From positions 1,984,001-2,048,000 of the forward strand of contig CBDBDQ010000005.1 of assembly GCA_965203905.1 (NCBI GenBank): DNA of 64,000 nucleotides, written 5' to 3'. The position numbers were made by a program, and so were the translations under genes. The stretch comes from Spirochaetia bacterium. Lineage in GTDB: Bacteria; Spirochaetota; Spirochaetia; SZUA-6; Bin103. The notes under the pieces are model-generated. The model searched no databases. It worked only from the letters and a program-made list of their open reading frames with translations, and was not told where the DNA came from. Positions 27,844 to 37,929 of the stretch are shown one piece after another (position 1 is the first letter of the stretch; the number at the start of each line of letters is the position of its first letter).

Positions 27844-28959
27844 ATGCGCATCGATCGACTGGACGTGCACTACGTGGTGATGCCGCTCATCTACCCGTGG
27901 CGCACCGCCTACGGCGAGGACGCCGACATCCACTCGGTGCTGGTGAAGCTCTCCAGCGGCGAGCACAGCGCCTGGGCCGAGAGCACGCCGTTCTTCGCCC
28001 CGCACTACCTCAGCGAGTCCGCCGGCTCGGTGTTCTACCACGTCACCGAGGTGTTCGGGCCACACGTGGTCGGCCGCGAATACGACACCGCCGCGGAGAT
28101 CAACGAACGGCTCGGTCCGTTCAAGGGCAACTCGTTCGCCAAGGCCGCGCTCGAGATCGGCTGGTGGAGCCTCGAGAGCCGCATCACCGGAACTCCGCTG
28201 CACCGGCTGCTGGGCGGCGCCACGCGGGACGTGGTCGCCGGGGCCGACTTCGGCATCCAGGATTCGATCGAGATGCTGCTCGGCAACGTCGGCCAGGCAG
28301 TCGCCGCCGGGTTCCCGCGCATCAAGCTCAAGGTGGCCAGGGGATGGGACCTGGAGATGCTGCGCGCGGTCACCTCCAGCTTTCCGGACATGACCTTCCA
28401 CATCGACTGCAACGCCGGCTACACGCTCGACGACCTGCCGTTCTTCCGCGCGGTCGACGAGCTGGGACTGGCGTTCATCGAGCAGCCGCTGCACCACACC
28501 GACATCCTGGATCATGCAGAGCTGGCCGGGCGGATCGGTACCCCGATATGCCTGGACGAGACCATCGTCGACCCGCGCACCGCGGAGCAGGCGATCCGCA
28601 TCGGCGCCTGCCGCTACATCAACATCAAGCCGGCGCGCGTGGGCGGGCTGCAGAGTGCGCTGGCGATCCACGACCTGGCGCGCGATGCCGGCATACCGGT
28701 CTGGATCGGCGGCATGCTGGAGAGCTCGGTCGGCGGCGCCGTCTGCATCGAGCTCGCCACCCTCGACAACGTCACCTACCCGGGCGACCTGTTTCCGTCG
28801 TCCCGTTTCTACCGTCGCGATCTGGCCACGCCGCCGTTGGAATATGCCGCACCCCACACCTTCCGTCCCTTCACCTCCGATCTGCCGGCACCGGACCCGG
28901 AGATGCTGGCCGCGTGGACGCGACGGCACGCGGCCGTGACGGATCCGGCGGAACGCTGA
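27844..28959 (+). CDS. menC: o-succinylbenzoate synthase / N-acylamino acid racemase (enolase superfamily)
   Basis: IKLKV, IDCN, IEQPL, ICLDE, INIKPARVGG, WIGGMLES; no other men genes nearby, so a racemase role is plausible. Confidence 0.85.
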   Translation: MRIDRLDVHYVVMPLIYPWRTAYGEDADIHSVLVKLSSGEHSAWAESTPFFAPHYLSESAGSVFYHVTEVFGPHVVGREYDTAAEINERLGPFKGNSFAKAALEIGWWSLESRITGTPLHRLLGGATRDVVAGADFGIQDSIEMLLGNVGQAVAAGFPRIKLKVARGWDLEMLRAVTSSFPDMTFHIDCNAGYTLDDLPFFRAVDELGLAFIEQPLHHTDILDHAELAGRIGTPICLDETIVDPRTAEQAIRIGACRYINIKPARVGGLQSALAIHDLARDAGIPVWIGGMLESSVGGAVCIELATLDNVTYPGDLFPSSRFYRRDLATPPLEYAAPHTFRPFTSDLPAPDPEMLAAWTRRHAAVTDPAER

Positions 28960-29034
28960 GCGGCGAACCCGGACGCGGCCGGCCTGGCGGGATGATGCAC
29001 GCGCAGGCGCCAACTGTGATACAACAGGCGAAGG

Positions 29035-30000
29035 ATGAATCCGCAGGTCTGGGCCAGGACTCTCATCGATGCCGCGGGTACGGTGATCTACGGCAAGGAG
29101 CAGGTAGTCGAGAAGCTGCTGGTGACGCTGCTGTGCCGCGGGCACGCGCTGCTGGAGGACGTGCCGGGGGTGGGCAAGACGGTGCTGGCGCGCGCCCTCT
29201 CCACCTGCCTGGGCGGTGAGTTCCGCCGCATTCAGTGCACCCCGGACCTGTTGCCGGCGGACGTGCTGGGCGGCTCGGTGTACCACGCCCAGACCGGCCG
29301 CTTCGAGTTCCGGCAGGGGCCGATCGTGACCAACATCCTGCTGGTGGACGAGATCAACCGCGCCACGCCGCGCACCCAGTCGGCGCTGCTGGAAGCAATG
29401 TCCGAGGGCCAGATCAGCGTCGAAGGCGAGACCACGCCGCTGCCCGATCCGTTCTTCATGCTGGCCACCGAGAACCCGGTGGAGTTCGAGGGCACCTTTC
29501 CGCTGCCCGAGGCGCAGCGCGACCGCTTCTTCCTCACCCTGCGCATGGGCTACCCGACGCCGGAGGCGGAGCAGGAGATCCTGCACTCCCAGCGGCGGCT
29601 GACCCATCCGGTGACCGACCTGGTGGCCGCCACCGACCTGGACACGGTACGCCGGCTGCAGCGCGAGGTGGCCGCGGTGCGGGTGGCGGCGGCCATCGAG
29701 GACCTGATCCTGGACCTGGTGGAGCGCACCCGGCATGACGGCCGGCTGGCGTACGGGGCCTCGCCACGCGCCTCGATGGCGTTGTACCAGGGCACCCAGG
29801 CACTGGCCGCCATCCGCGGCAAGAATGCCGGTGGGGCGGAGGAAGTGTGCGAGTTGGCGCCGCCGATCCTGCTCAAGCGGATCGGCGTGAAGCCGGAGCA
29901 GCTCCTGCGCGGGCTGGAGCCGGAGGCGGTGATCGACGGCATCCTGAGCGAGGTGCTGGCCGCCCATTCCCTCGCGCCGCCCGAAGGTGCCACCGGGTGA
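29035..30000 (+). CDS. moxR: MoxR-family AAA+ ATPase (copy 1)
   Basis: LLEDVPGVGKT, RIQCTPDLLPAD, DEINRATPRTQSALLEAM, GTFPLPEAQRDRF, GASPRA. Confidence 0.95.
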   Translation: MNPQVWARTLIDAAGTVIYGKEQVVEKLLVTLLCRGHALLEDVPGVGKTVLARALSTCLGGEFRRIQCTPDLLPADVLGGSVYHAQTGRFEFRQGPIVTNILLVDEINRATPRTQSALLEAMSEGQISVEGETTPLPDPFFMLATENPVEFEGTFPLPEAQRDRFFLTLRMGYPTPEAEQEILHSQRRLTHPVTDLVAATDLDTVRRLQREVAAVRVAAAIEDLILDLVERTRHDGRLAYGASPRASMALYQGTQALAAIRGKNAGGAEEVCELAPPILLKRIGVKPEQLLRGLEPEAVIDGILSEVLAAHSLAPPEGATG

Positions 30001-31220
30001 AGCCACACTTGCGCTGGGGACCCGATGTCGTGGTGCCCCTGCTGCTGCTGCTGATTGTGCTGTTCGCACCGCCGCCCTTGATGCGCATCGTGGCCGCGGC
30101 CCTGCTGCTGATCCGCGCCCTGGCGCTGGGGTACACCCTGGTGGTGCGCGCCGGCGTTAGCGCCAGCCGCGGCGAGCCGCTGGTGCACGCCAACCGCTTC
30201 GCGCCCTTCACCTGCACCTTGACCGTGCGCAACCGCACCCCGCTGCCGATCCACTTTCTCACGGTGGCGGACCGCATCGGCAGCTTCGCGGCACGGCAGC
30301 CGGCGCAGTTCGTGGTCGGCCTCGGGCCCTGGGAGGAGCGCAGCTTCAGCTATGAGCTGGAGGGGCGCGAACGCGGCGAGTTCGAGCTGGGACCGGTCGA
30401 CCTGGTGGGCACCGACGCCTTCGGCTTCTTCCCCTGGCGCGCACAGCTCCCGTGTCACCAGCGGGTGATCGTCTATCCCAACATCTTCGCCCTCGACCTG
30501 CGGCACAAGCGCGGGCTGCCCTCCGGCAGCCTCAAGGTGCTCAACAAGCTCTACGAGGACGTGACCCGCTACCGCTCGCTGCGCGAGTATCAGCCCGGCG
30601 ACGAGCCCAAGCGCATCAACTGGAAGGCCAGCGCGCGCATGGGGGCGCTGTTCTCGATGGAGTACGTGCCGTCGATCTACTTCCCGGTGCTGGTGCTGCT
30701 CAACCTGACCGCCGACGACTACCCGCTGACGCAGCGCGCCCACCTGGTGGAGCGCGCCATCGAAGCCGCCGCCTCGCTGGTGTTCTACTTCGTCGGGATC
30801 GGCCAGGAGGTGGGGCTGGTCACCACCGGCCGCATCGGCCCGGCCGCGGGTGGCGACGATGCCGGCAGTGCGCTTCCCGGTGCCTACACCGTGGAGCCGG
30901 TGCGCGCCGGCTATGCCCACGCCGCCCACCTGCTGGAGCAGTTGGCGCGGGTAAACGCCGTCAGCGGGGAGCACGCCGCCAACTTCGTGGAAGTGGTGCA
31001 GCGCGGTGGCGTGAGCGTCGCCAACGGCACCCGCGTAGCGGTGGTCACCCCTCCGCTGCGGGAGGAGCAGCGCGCCGGGCTGCTGGCGCTGCGCCGGCGC
31101 GGCTACGACGTGGAGGTGTTCCTGGTCAGCACTCACCAGGCGCGCCGGGAGGACCTGGCGGTGCAGGGCCTGACCAGCCACACCGTCGGCGGCTACGGCA
31201 GGGAGCTGGTCCGTGGATGA
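29997..31220 (+). CDS. DUF58-domain protein with N-terminal membrane anchor
   Basis: RG.F.LGPV.L...DAFGFF, VIVYP, LREYQPGD..KRINWKASAR; GTGA overlap with moxR. Confidence 0.9.
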   Translation: MKPHLRWGPDVVVPLLLLLIVLFAPPPLMRIVAAALLLIRALALGYTLVVRAGVSASRGEPLVHANRFAPFTCTLTVRNRTPLPIHFLTVADRIGSFAARQPAQFVVGLGPWEERSFSYELEGRERGEFELGPVDLVGTDAFGFFPWRAQLPCHQRVIVYPNIFALDLRHKRGLPSGSLKVLNKLYEDVTRYRSLREYQPGDEPKRINWKASARMGALFSMEYVPSIYFPVLVLLNLTADDYPLTQRAHLVERAIEAAASLVFYFVGIGQEVGLVTTGRIGPAAGGDDAGSALPGAYTVEPVRAGYAHAAHLLEQLARVNAVSGEHAANFVEVVQRGGVSVANGTRVAVVTPPLREEQRAGLLALRRRGYDVEVFLVSTHQARREDLAVQGLTSHTVGGYGRELVRG

Positions 31221-32769
31221 GCGCCGGCTGGCGGTCTACCGCGCCGCCATCCATCCCGCCCTGGCGCTGGCCATCCCGTTCCTGTTCCTGGTGCTGCTGG
31301 ATCGCCTGCTGCGCCTGCTGGTGCTGGACCTGGTGCTGGCACCCAATCCGCCGGGCACGGTGTTCGTTTTGTTGTTGACCGGCGGAGCGCAGGCGGCGGT
31401 GGCCAACGCGCTGAAGAAGGAAAAGGTGGGCAGTGCGCTGCCGCGCATGCGCGAGCTGCTGGTGATCCTGATCCTGGCAACGGTGGTGTTCATGACCACC
31501 CGCGGTTACCTGTTCGCGGGCGACCTGGTGCCGGCCAAGGCGGAGGTGATCTACGCCCTGGTGCTGGTGCTGATCATGTGGTTCGCCAGCTTCGGCCTGC
31601 ACCGCTCCTTCCGCGAGCGCGAGGTTTTCTTGAGTCTCCTCATCGGCAAGGAGGGGCAGCAGTTGCGCACCGCGGTGCGTTCCTACTCGGCGGAAGCCAC
31701 CGAGTCGGTGGCCCGCATGCGCCAGGTGAAGCGGGTGGTGATCTGGTTTCAGGCCCTGATCCTGCTGGCGCTGTTCGTGGCGCTGCTCGGCGGACGCGAG
31801 ATCGGCACCGGCCTGCTGCTGCTGGTGCTGCTGCACCTGGCGCTGGGCCTCACCTATACCGCGGTGCTGAACGGCTACCTTGAGGAGCAGGGCTACTTCG
31901 GGGGCGGCTTCGTGCTGGTGCCGGGGTTGCGCCGCCGCCGGGTAGGCGCCGCGCTGCTGTTCGTGGCGCTGGCGGCGCTGGTCACCTGGCCGCTGGTGGG
32001 CGCCGAGCCGCCGCTGCCGGCCAGCTACCTGGGGGCGTTCTTCGCCTGGCTCAACGACCTGATGACGCCGGACAAGCCGCTGGAGGTGCGCCAGACGGAG
32101 CTGCGTTCGAGCAATTCGGAGCCGCTGGCGGAGCGCGAGCGTGACACGTCGCAGCTGATGGGTGACGCGCAGGAACAGTCGGACCTGGCGGCGCGCCTGT
32201 TCCAGGCGTTCCTGATTACGGTGCTGATCGCCCTGGGCCTGGGACTGGTCGTGTTCCTGGTGCGGCCGCTGTTCTCGCGCGACCTGGGCGAGATGCTGCG
32301 CGGGTTTTCCCTCGCGGGGCTGCTGCGCGGCTTAGCCCGCGGGCTGTCGCAGGCCCTGGACACGGCGCTGGCCGGGTTGCGGCGCATGCTGGCGGCGCCG
32401 CGCGACGTGGCGGGGCGGCTCGCCGCCACGGTCACCAGGGCGGCCCGCGAGCGGCGCCGGCAGGCGCGGGCGCGGCGTGCGGTGCGCCACCGCCTGCGCC
32501 ACGGCGCGCATGGCGCCGCGGTGCGCGGGTTCGTGCGCCTGATACGCTGGGGCGAGCGCTCGGGGGTCCCGTTTCGGCGCAGCGTGGCGCCCCTCGACTA
32601 CGTGCGCGCGCTGGGCGCGCGGTTGCCCGAGCGGCGTGCCGAGCTGGAGGCGGTGGGCGTCCTGTTCGAGGAGCTGGTGTACTCGGCGCACGGCGACGCC
32701 GGCGAGCGCAGCACCCGCTTCCAGGGACAGGTACGCGAGTTGCTGCGGCGGCGTTCCGGTACGGCGTGA
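31213..32769 (+). CDS. Polytopic membrane protein with DUF4129-like C-terminal domain
   Basis: Many hydrophobic segments; C-terminal G.PFRRSVAPLDY...LFEELVYS; no transglutaminase motif recognised. Confidence 0.75.
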   Translation: MDERRLAVYRAAIHPALALAIPFLFLVLLDRLLRLLVLDLVLAPNPPGTVFVLLLTGGAQAAVANALKKEKVGSALPRMRELLVILILATVVFMTTRGYLFAGDLVPAKAEVIYALVLVLIMWFASFGLHRSFREREVFLSLLIGKEGQQLRTAVRSYSAEATESVARMRQVKRVVIWFQALILLALFVALLGGREIGTGLLLLVLLHLALGLTYTAVLNGYLEEQGYFGGGFVLVPGLRRRRVGAALLFVALAALVTWPLVGAEPPLPASYLGAFFAWLNDLMTPDKPLEVRQTELRSSNSEPLAERERDTSQLMGDAQEQSDLAARLFQAFLITVLIALGLGLVVFLVRPLFSRDLGEMLRGFSLAGLLRGLARGLSQALDTALAGLRRMLAAPRDVAGRLAATVTRAARERRRQARARRAVRHRLRHGAHGAAVRGFVRLIRWGERSGVPFRRSVAPLDYVRALGARLPERRAELEAVGVLFEELVYSAHGDAGERSTRFQGQVRELLRRRSGTA

Positions 32770-32800
32770 CGATGCGGCGCAGCGGAGGAGATGAAGCAGC

Positions 32801-33757
32801 GTGACGGTGGCACAGTGGGCGGAACGGGTGATGGACGCGGTACGGGCGGCGTTCTTCGGCAAGGACGAGGTCACGGAGAAGGTCCTGGTCGCACTCCTGT
32901 GCCGCGGCCACGTGCTGATCGAGGACGTCCCGGGGGTGGGCAAGACGGTGCTGGCGCGGGCGCTGGCCAACACCGTCGGCGGCATGTTCAAGCAGGTGCA
33001 GTGCACCCCCGACCTGCTGCCCGCGGACGTGCTGGGGGTGTCGATCTACAACCCGCAGAGCGGGGAGTTCGTGTTCCGGGAGGGACCGATCATCACCAAT
33101 ATCCTGCTGGTGGACGAGATCAACCGCGCCACTCCCCGCACCCAGTCGGCGCTGCTGGAGGCGATGGCCGAGGGGCAGGTGAGCGTGGAGGGCAACAGCC
33201 GGCCGCTGCCCAACCCGTTCTTCCTGATCGCCACCGAGAGTCCCGGCGACGCCGAGGGCACGTTTCCGCTGCCGGAAGTGCAGAAGGACCGCTTCTTCAT
33301 GACGGTGTCGATCGGCTACCCCGACCGCGAGGCGGAGCGGGCGGTGATGGGCATAGGCCGCGAAGCGAGCCACCCGCTGACCCGCATCCGGCCGATCGCG
33401 AGCCTCGACACCCTGATCCAGATGCAGCAGCAGGTGTTGCAGGTGCACGTGGACGATTCGCTGCGTGCCTACATCCTGGCGCTGGTGGGCGCCACCCGCA
33501 GCGATCGCCGCCTGGCCCTTGGCGTGTCGCCGCGCGGATCGCTGGCGCTGTACAAGGCAGCGCAGGCCCTTGCCGCGTTGCGCGGCCGCGACTACGTCAC
33601 CCCGGAGGATATCCAGGAGGTCGCCTACCCGGTGCTGCGCAAGCGCATCATCCTCAAGGCGGAGGGTCAGGCGCAGCGGGCCAGCGAGAGCGACTTCATC
33701 GCCGGCATCGTCGACGCCGTCGGGGTGCCGCCCCTGAGCGACGCGCTGAGCGGATAG
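32801..33757 (+). CDS. moxR: MoxR-family AAA+ ATPase (copy 2)
   Basis: LIEDVPGVGKT, DEINRATPRTQSALLEAM, GVSPRG, GRDYVTPEDI. Confidence 0.95.
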   Translation: MTVAQWAERVMDAVRAAFFGKDEVTEKVLVALLCRGHVLIEDVPGVGKTVLARALANTVGGMFKQVQCTPDLLPADVLGVSIYNPQSGEFVFREGPIITNILLVDEINRATPRTQSALLEAMAEGQVSVEGNSRPLPNPFFLIATESPGDAEGTFPLPEVQKDRFFMTVSIGYPDREAERAVMGIGREASHPLTRIRPIASLDTLIQMQQQVLQVHVDDSLRAYILALVGATRSDRRLALGVSPRGSLALYKAAQALAALRGRDYVTPEDIQEVAYPVLRKRIILKAEGQAQRASESDFIAGIVDAVGVPPLSDALSG

Positions 33758-33760
33758 CCC

Positions 33761-35332
33761 TCAGGACGCCATCCGCTCCAGCCGCACGCGCAGACCGAAC
33801 ACTTCCTGAAACAGATCTGCCTTGCGCTCCAGCGCCAGTATCTTGAGGGCCAGGTTGCCGCCGTAGCTGCAGCGCAGGGTCACCTCATCCTCGGTCTTCT
33901 CCACCTCCAACTCGCGTACCCGAGCCTGGTGGCTGCGATCCAGCGCATCCGCCACCCGCAGCAACGCCGCCAGCTTGTTCACTACGATGCGGTCGGCGCG
34001 GGAGAGGCTCATGTAGGAGACGTGGGAGGGTGACGGCAGGGCGCGGCGGTGATAGCGGACCACGTTGGCGACCACCGTCCGGTCGCGCCCGTCGAGGCCG
34101 AAGATCTCGGAGTTGCTCACGATGTAGTGGCCATGCTTGTGGTGGCCGCTGGCACGGATCACCATGCCGATGTCGTGCAGGATGGCGCTCACCTCCAGCA
34201 GCAGGCGGCTGGACGCGTCGAGACCGTGCTCCTCCTGCAGCGCATCGAACAGGCGGCACGCCAGCAGCGCGACGTGACGTGCGTGCAGTTCGTCGAAGCG
34301 GTAGCGCTTGCCGAGGCTGATGGCGTTGGCGGTCACCTGGGCGCGCAGCTCGTCCGGAGCGCGGGCGCTGGGTGCGGCGCCGTCACGGATCAGCAGTCCT
34401 TCGCGGATGCTCACGCGCGCGACGATCACCTCGTCGGCGGCGGTCAGGTTCAGGAACGAGCGGTACATCAGGAGACTTGGCACCAGCAGCTCGGCGTCGC
34501 TGTAGGAGATCTGCAGGTCGCGCACCACGTCGGCCACCGGCTTGGCGATGGCACCTTCGATGAAGCGGTCGAAGTCGGCGCGGCTGAGGCGGGAGATGGG
34601 ACCGGCGCCGGGGCCGCCGGCGGTCTCGGCGGGGATGCTCACGTCGCTGCCGATGGCGATGAAGGTGCCGACTCGCGCCAACTGCAGGTCCTTCTGCACC
34701 GTGGACAGGGTGGGGCGCATCGACTCTTCGACGATCTCGCGGGGCGGGGCATCCACGCTCGGGGCGAGCTGCAGCGGCCGCCCCATGCGCACGGTGCCCA
34801 CCTTGAGGGTACGCAGCGCCGAGATGTGGCCACGCCGGACCAGGATCAGGGTGGTGTGACCGCCGCCAACCTCCACGATCAGGGAGGTGGCGCGCAGCAA
34901 CGCCGGCAGCTCGGCGCTGACCGCCTGGCGCACCGCCAGGTAGGTGAGCTGGCTCTCCTCCACCTCGCCGACCACGTCGATCCGCAGGCCGGTGCGCAGC
35001 GCTACGCGATCGACGAAGGTGTCGCCGTTGCGTGCCTCGCGCAGGGCGCTGGTGCCGATCACCAGGGTGTCCGCCGGCGCGATGCGCCAGCCGGCGAGCA
35101 GCTCGCAGAAGCCGCCCAGCACCTGCACGCCACGGGTCAGGGTAGCGCGTCCGATGCGACCGGAGGAGAATACGTCGCGGCCCAGCGGAACCGGTTTCAC
35201 CGCCCGGTCCACCACGGCCCACGTGCCATCGGGGTGGCGGTCGACGATCATCAGCCGAAACGAGCTGGAGCCCACGTCCAGCACCGCGGTCAGGCGCCCG
35301 CTGCCTCCGGCCTCGGCCGCCGCCGCCGTCAT
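33761..35332 (-). CDS. ppx: Exopolyphosphatase Ppx/GppA family with C-terminal HD domain
   Basis: VLDVGSSSFRL, TSALREARN, EESQLTY, EVGGG.T, LHDIG, HHKHG.YI, LRVADALDRSH; ATGA overlap with ROK gene. Confidence 0.93.
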   Translation of the reverse strand: MTAAAAEAGGSGRLTAVLDVGSSSFRLMIVDRHPDGTWAVVDRAVKPVPLGRDVFSSGRIGRATLTRGVQVLGGFCELLAGWRIAPADTLVIGTSALREARNGDTFVDRVALRTGLRIDVVGEVEESQLTYLAVRQAVSAELPALLRATSLIVEVGGGHTTLILVRRGHISALRTLKVGTVRMGRPLQLAPSVDAPPREIVEESMRPTLSTVQKDLQLARVGTFIAIGSDVSIPAETAGGPGAGPISRLSRADFDRFIEGAIAKPVADVVRDLQISYSDAELLVPSLLMYRSFLNLTAADEVIVARVSIREGLLIRDGAAPSARAPDELRAQVTANAISLGKRYRFDELHARHVALLACRLFDALQEEHGLDASSRLLLEVSAILHDIGMVIRASGHHKHGHYIVSNSEIFGLDGRDRTVVANVVRYHRRALPSPSHVSYMSLSRADRIVVNKLAALLRVADALDRSHQARVRELEVEKTEDEVTLRCSYGGNLALKILALERKADLFQEVFGLRVRLERMAS

Positions 35333-36306
35333 GCGGTCTCTCCCAGCATCTCCCGCAACGCGCCGATGGCGCCGTGGATGGCAGCCGCGTGGCCGAGCTG
35401 CGCAGGCACCGCGTGGACCCCGCGCGCCGGTGCCTCCAGCGCGTGCCGGTGCAGCGAGCGGTCCACCTGCTTCACGAAGCGGCCCCCCAGCTTCTCCACC
35501 AGGCCGCCGCCCAGCACCACCACGTCGGGGCTGAGCAGGTTGACGCAGTTGGCGATGCCGATGCCGAGATAATGGGCCGCCTGGTCCACCACAGCGCACA
35601 CGGCCGGCTCGCCGGCGGCGACGGCGCGCGCAATCACCCCGCTCTTGACCGCCTTCAACCTGGTCCCGGCGGCGGCGCGCACCGTGGGTGCCTGACCGAC
35701 GTTGGCCAGCATCACCAGCTCGCGTGCCATGGCGCTGCGGCTGGCATACGCCTCCAGGCAACCGCGCTGGCCGCAGCCGCACAGCGCGCCGCCGTCATGG
35801 ACGATGATATGGCCGATCTCGCCGGCGGTGCCGTTGGCGCCGCGGAACACCTGCCCGTCCACCACCAGGCCGCCGCCGATGCCGGTGCCGCAGAAGACGC
35901 CCAGCACGTGGTGATGGCCGCGCGCGGCGCCAGCCAGGTATTCGCCGTAGGTACCCATGTTGACGTCGTTGTCGAGGAATACCGGCACCCCCAGGCTATC
36001 CTCGATATACCGGCGCAGCGGGTAGTTGCGCATGCCGAGGTTGGGGGCGAACTGGATTACCCCCGCCTTCCAGTCGAGGGGGCCGGGCGCACCGATGCCG
36101 ACGCCTCGGAGCGCCTTGGCGGTGGTTCCGGCGCTCTTGAGAGCGGCCTGGACGGCGCGCACCAGACTGGCCGCCACCGTGTCACCGCTGGTGCCGGCGC
36201 GCGAGCTGAGGCGGGCCTCGCCGACGGTGCGTCCAGCGCGCGTCAGCACCGCCGCCGCGATCTTGGTCCCGCCCAGGTCCAGTCCCGCGTACAGCTCCCG
36301 TTCCAT
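35329..36306 (-). CDS. ROK-family sugar kinase (glucokinase-like)
   Basis: GLDLGGTKI, GIGAPG, NDVN, GTGIGGG, GEIGH, CGCGQRGCLEAYAS. Confidence 0.93.
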   Translation of the reverse strand: MERELYAGLDLGGTKIAAAVLTRAGRTVGEARLSSRAGTSGDTVAASLVRAVQAALKSAGTTAKALRGVGIGAPGPLDWKAGVIQFAPNLGMRNYPLRRYIEDSLGVPVFLDNDVNMGTYGEYLAGAARGHHHVLGVFCGTGIGGGLVVDGQVFRGANGTAGEIGHIIVHDGGALCGCGQRGCLEAYASRSAMARELVMLANVGQAPTVRAAAGTRLKAVKSGVIARAVAAGEPAVCAVVDQAAHYLGIGIANCVNLLSPDVVVLGGGLVEKLGGRFVKQVDRSLHRHALEAPARGVHAVPAQLGHAAAIHGAIGALREMLGETA

Positions 36307-36432
36307 CTGCCCTCCTCGCCGGCGGCCGCCTGCCTCGACGAGGCCTGGTCGAGGTCAGGGCATCGTCCGCTTCCGCAATTACATACGCTGCCGCTCAGCG
36401 GGTCAACGCAGCGGCTTCTGGAACCGGTTCGC

Positions 36433-37824
36433 TTACCCGCCGCTCCCGGCTGCATCCGGGGCCGGGCGCTGGCACATTCCCTCGCTGAAGACCGAGCCCT
36501 GCCCGCATTCGGCTCCTGCCGCGCGCAAGGCGGCGATGACCGCCGGATCGTGAGCGAGATCCAATGGAGTACGGCCGCGCAGGTCGGTTGCATTCACCTC
36601 CGCGCCATGCTCCGCCAGGGCCGTGATGATGGCCGGATTCTCGTTGCGTGCAGCCGCGCTGTGCAGCGGAGTCCGCCCCCCCTCATTGCGCGCTTCGAGG
36701 TCGGCGCCGGCCGCCACCAGCGCTGCGATGATGGCCGGATTGTAGTGAATCGCAGCGGCTGTGTGGAGCGGAGTGCCGCCCAGCCGACCACGCGCGTGCA
36801 GATCGGCGCCGGCCGCCACGAGGGCCGTTACGATAGCCGGGTTCTCGGCATAGGCGCCGGCGGTATGCAGTGGCGTAACGCCCACATCGTTGCGTGCTTC
36901 CAGGTCTGCACCGGCTTCCGCCAGGGCGAAGATGATGGCCGGCTCCTGGTTGCGGAACGCCGCCGTGTGCAGCGGAGTACCGCCGAGCACCCGGTGGCGC
37001 GCCTCAAGGTCGGCGCCGGCCGCCACCAGCGCCGCGATGATGGCCGGGTTGTAGTTGAACGTGGCCGCGCTGTGCAACGGGGTAGCGCCGTGATAGTTCG
37101 GGGTCTCGAGGTCCGAGCCGGCCTCGGTGAGGGCCGTGACGATAGCTGGATGGTCACTGTAACGAGCCGCCCAGTGAAGCGGGGTGCCGCCGTAATAGTG
37201 GCGCGCGTAGAGGTCGGCGCCGGCTTCTATGAGTGCCCTGACGATGGCGGGTCGGTCATTGTAGCGAGCCGCCCAGTGGAGGGGAGTCACGCCGTCCTCT
37301 CCATCGATGTGGCGGGCGTCAAGGTTGGCGCCGGCGTCGGCCAGGGCCGTAATGACGGCAGGGCTGTCGCTGTAGCGAGCCGCACTGTGCAGCGGAGTGC
37401 CGCCGTCCCGGTAGCGGGCGTGAAGGTCGGCACCGGCGGCTGCCAGGGCGGTGACGACGGCCGGGTTGTCGTTGTAGCGAGCCGCCCAGTGGAGCGCGGT
37501 GGCGCCTTCCTTCTGGCGCGCGTCGAGGTCGGCGCCGGCCGCCACCAGGGCGTTCACGACGGCAGCGTCATCGGCGTAGCGGGCGGCCCAGTGGAGCGCG
37601 GTATTGCCGTCTTGGTCGCGTGCCCGCACGTCTGCGCCGAGGCGTATGCAGTCGGCCACCCGCCCCGCCCGTGCCGAGGCGAAGAACGCCTGGGTATGCA
37701 ACTCGTCACAATCGCGTTTCGGGGTTGCCAGGGTACAGCCCGCTGCCATCAGGACGACGGCAAGCAGCGAGCCCAGGACTGATCCGTGCGTTGTTCGGGA
37801 CCGGCAACGGGACAGTTTCTGCAT
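36433..37824 (-). CDS. Secreted ankyrin-repeat lipoprotein
   Basis: About eleven G.TPLH.AA....NPAII.AL..AGADL.AR repeats; lipobox MAAGC; promoter TTGACG-N17-TAGTCT 7 nt before ATG 37824. Confidence 0.93.
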   Translation of the reverse strand: MQKLSRCRSRTTHGSVLGSLLAVVLMAAGCTLATPKRDCDELHTQAFFASARAGRVADCIRLGADVRARDQDGNTALHWAARYADDAAVVNALVAAGADLDARQKEGATALHWAARYNDNPAVVTALAAAGADLHARYRDGGTPLHSAARYSDSPAVITALADAGANLDARHIDGEDGVTPLHWAARYNDRPAIVRALIEAGADLYARHYYGGTPLHWAARYSDHPAIVTALTEAGSDLETPNYHGATPLHSAATFNYNPAIIAALVAAGADLEARHRVLGGTPLHTAAFRNQEPAIIFALAEAGADLEARNDVGVTPLHTAGAYAENPAIVTALVAAGADLHARGRLGGTPLHTAAAIHYNPAIIAALVAAGADLEARNEGGRTPLHSAAARNENPAIITALAEHGAEVNATDLRGRTPLDLAHDPAVIAALRAAGAECGQGSVFSEGMCQRPAPDAAGSGG

Positions 37825-37929
37825 TGATTCAAGACTACTTGTTTTCAATGTAGTCGTCAAGCAACTGCGCCACAGGTGCGGGCAGTTGCCGCGGCCCTCA
37901 GCGCCCATTCGGTCGCCTTGTTCTGCCTC

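Noticed and set aside
27844-28959. Menaquinone biosynthesis cluster
   Set aside because: Only the OSBS/NAAAR-like gene is present; no menB/D/E/F nearby
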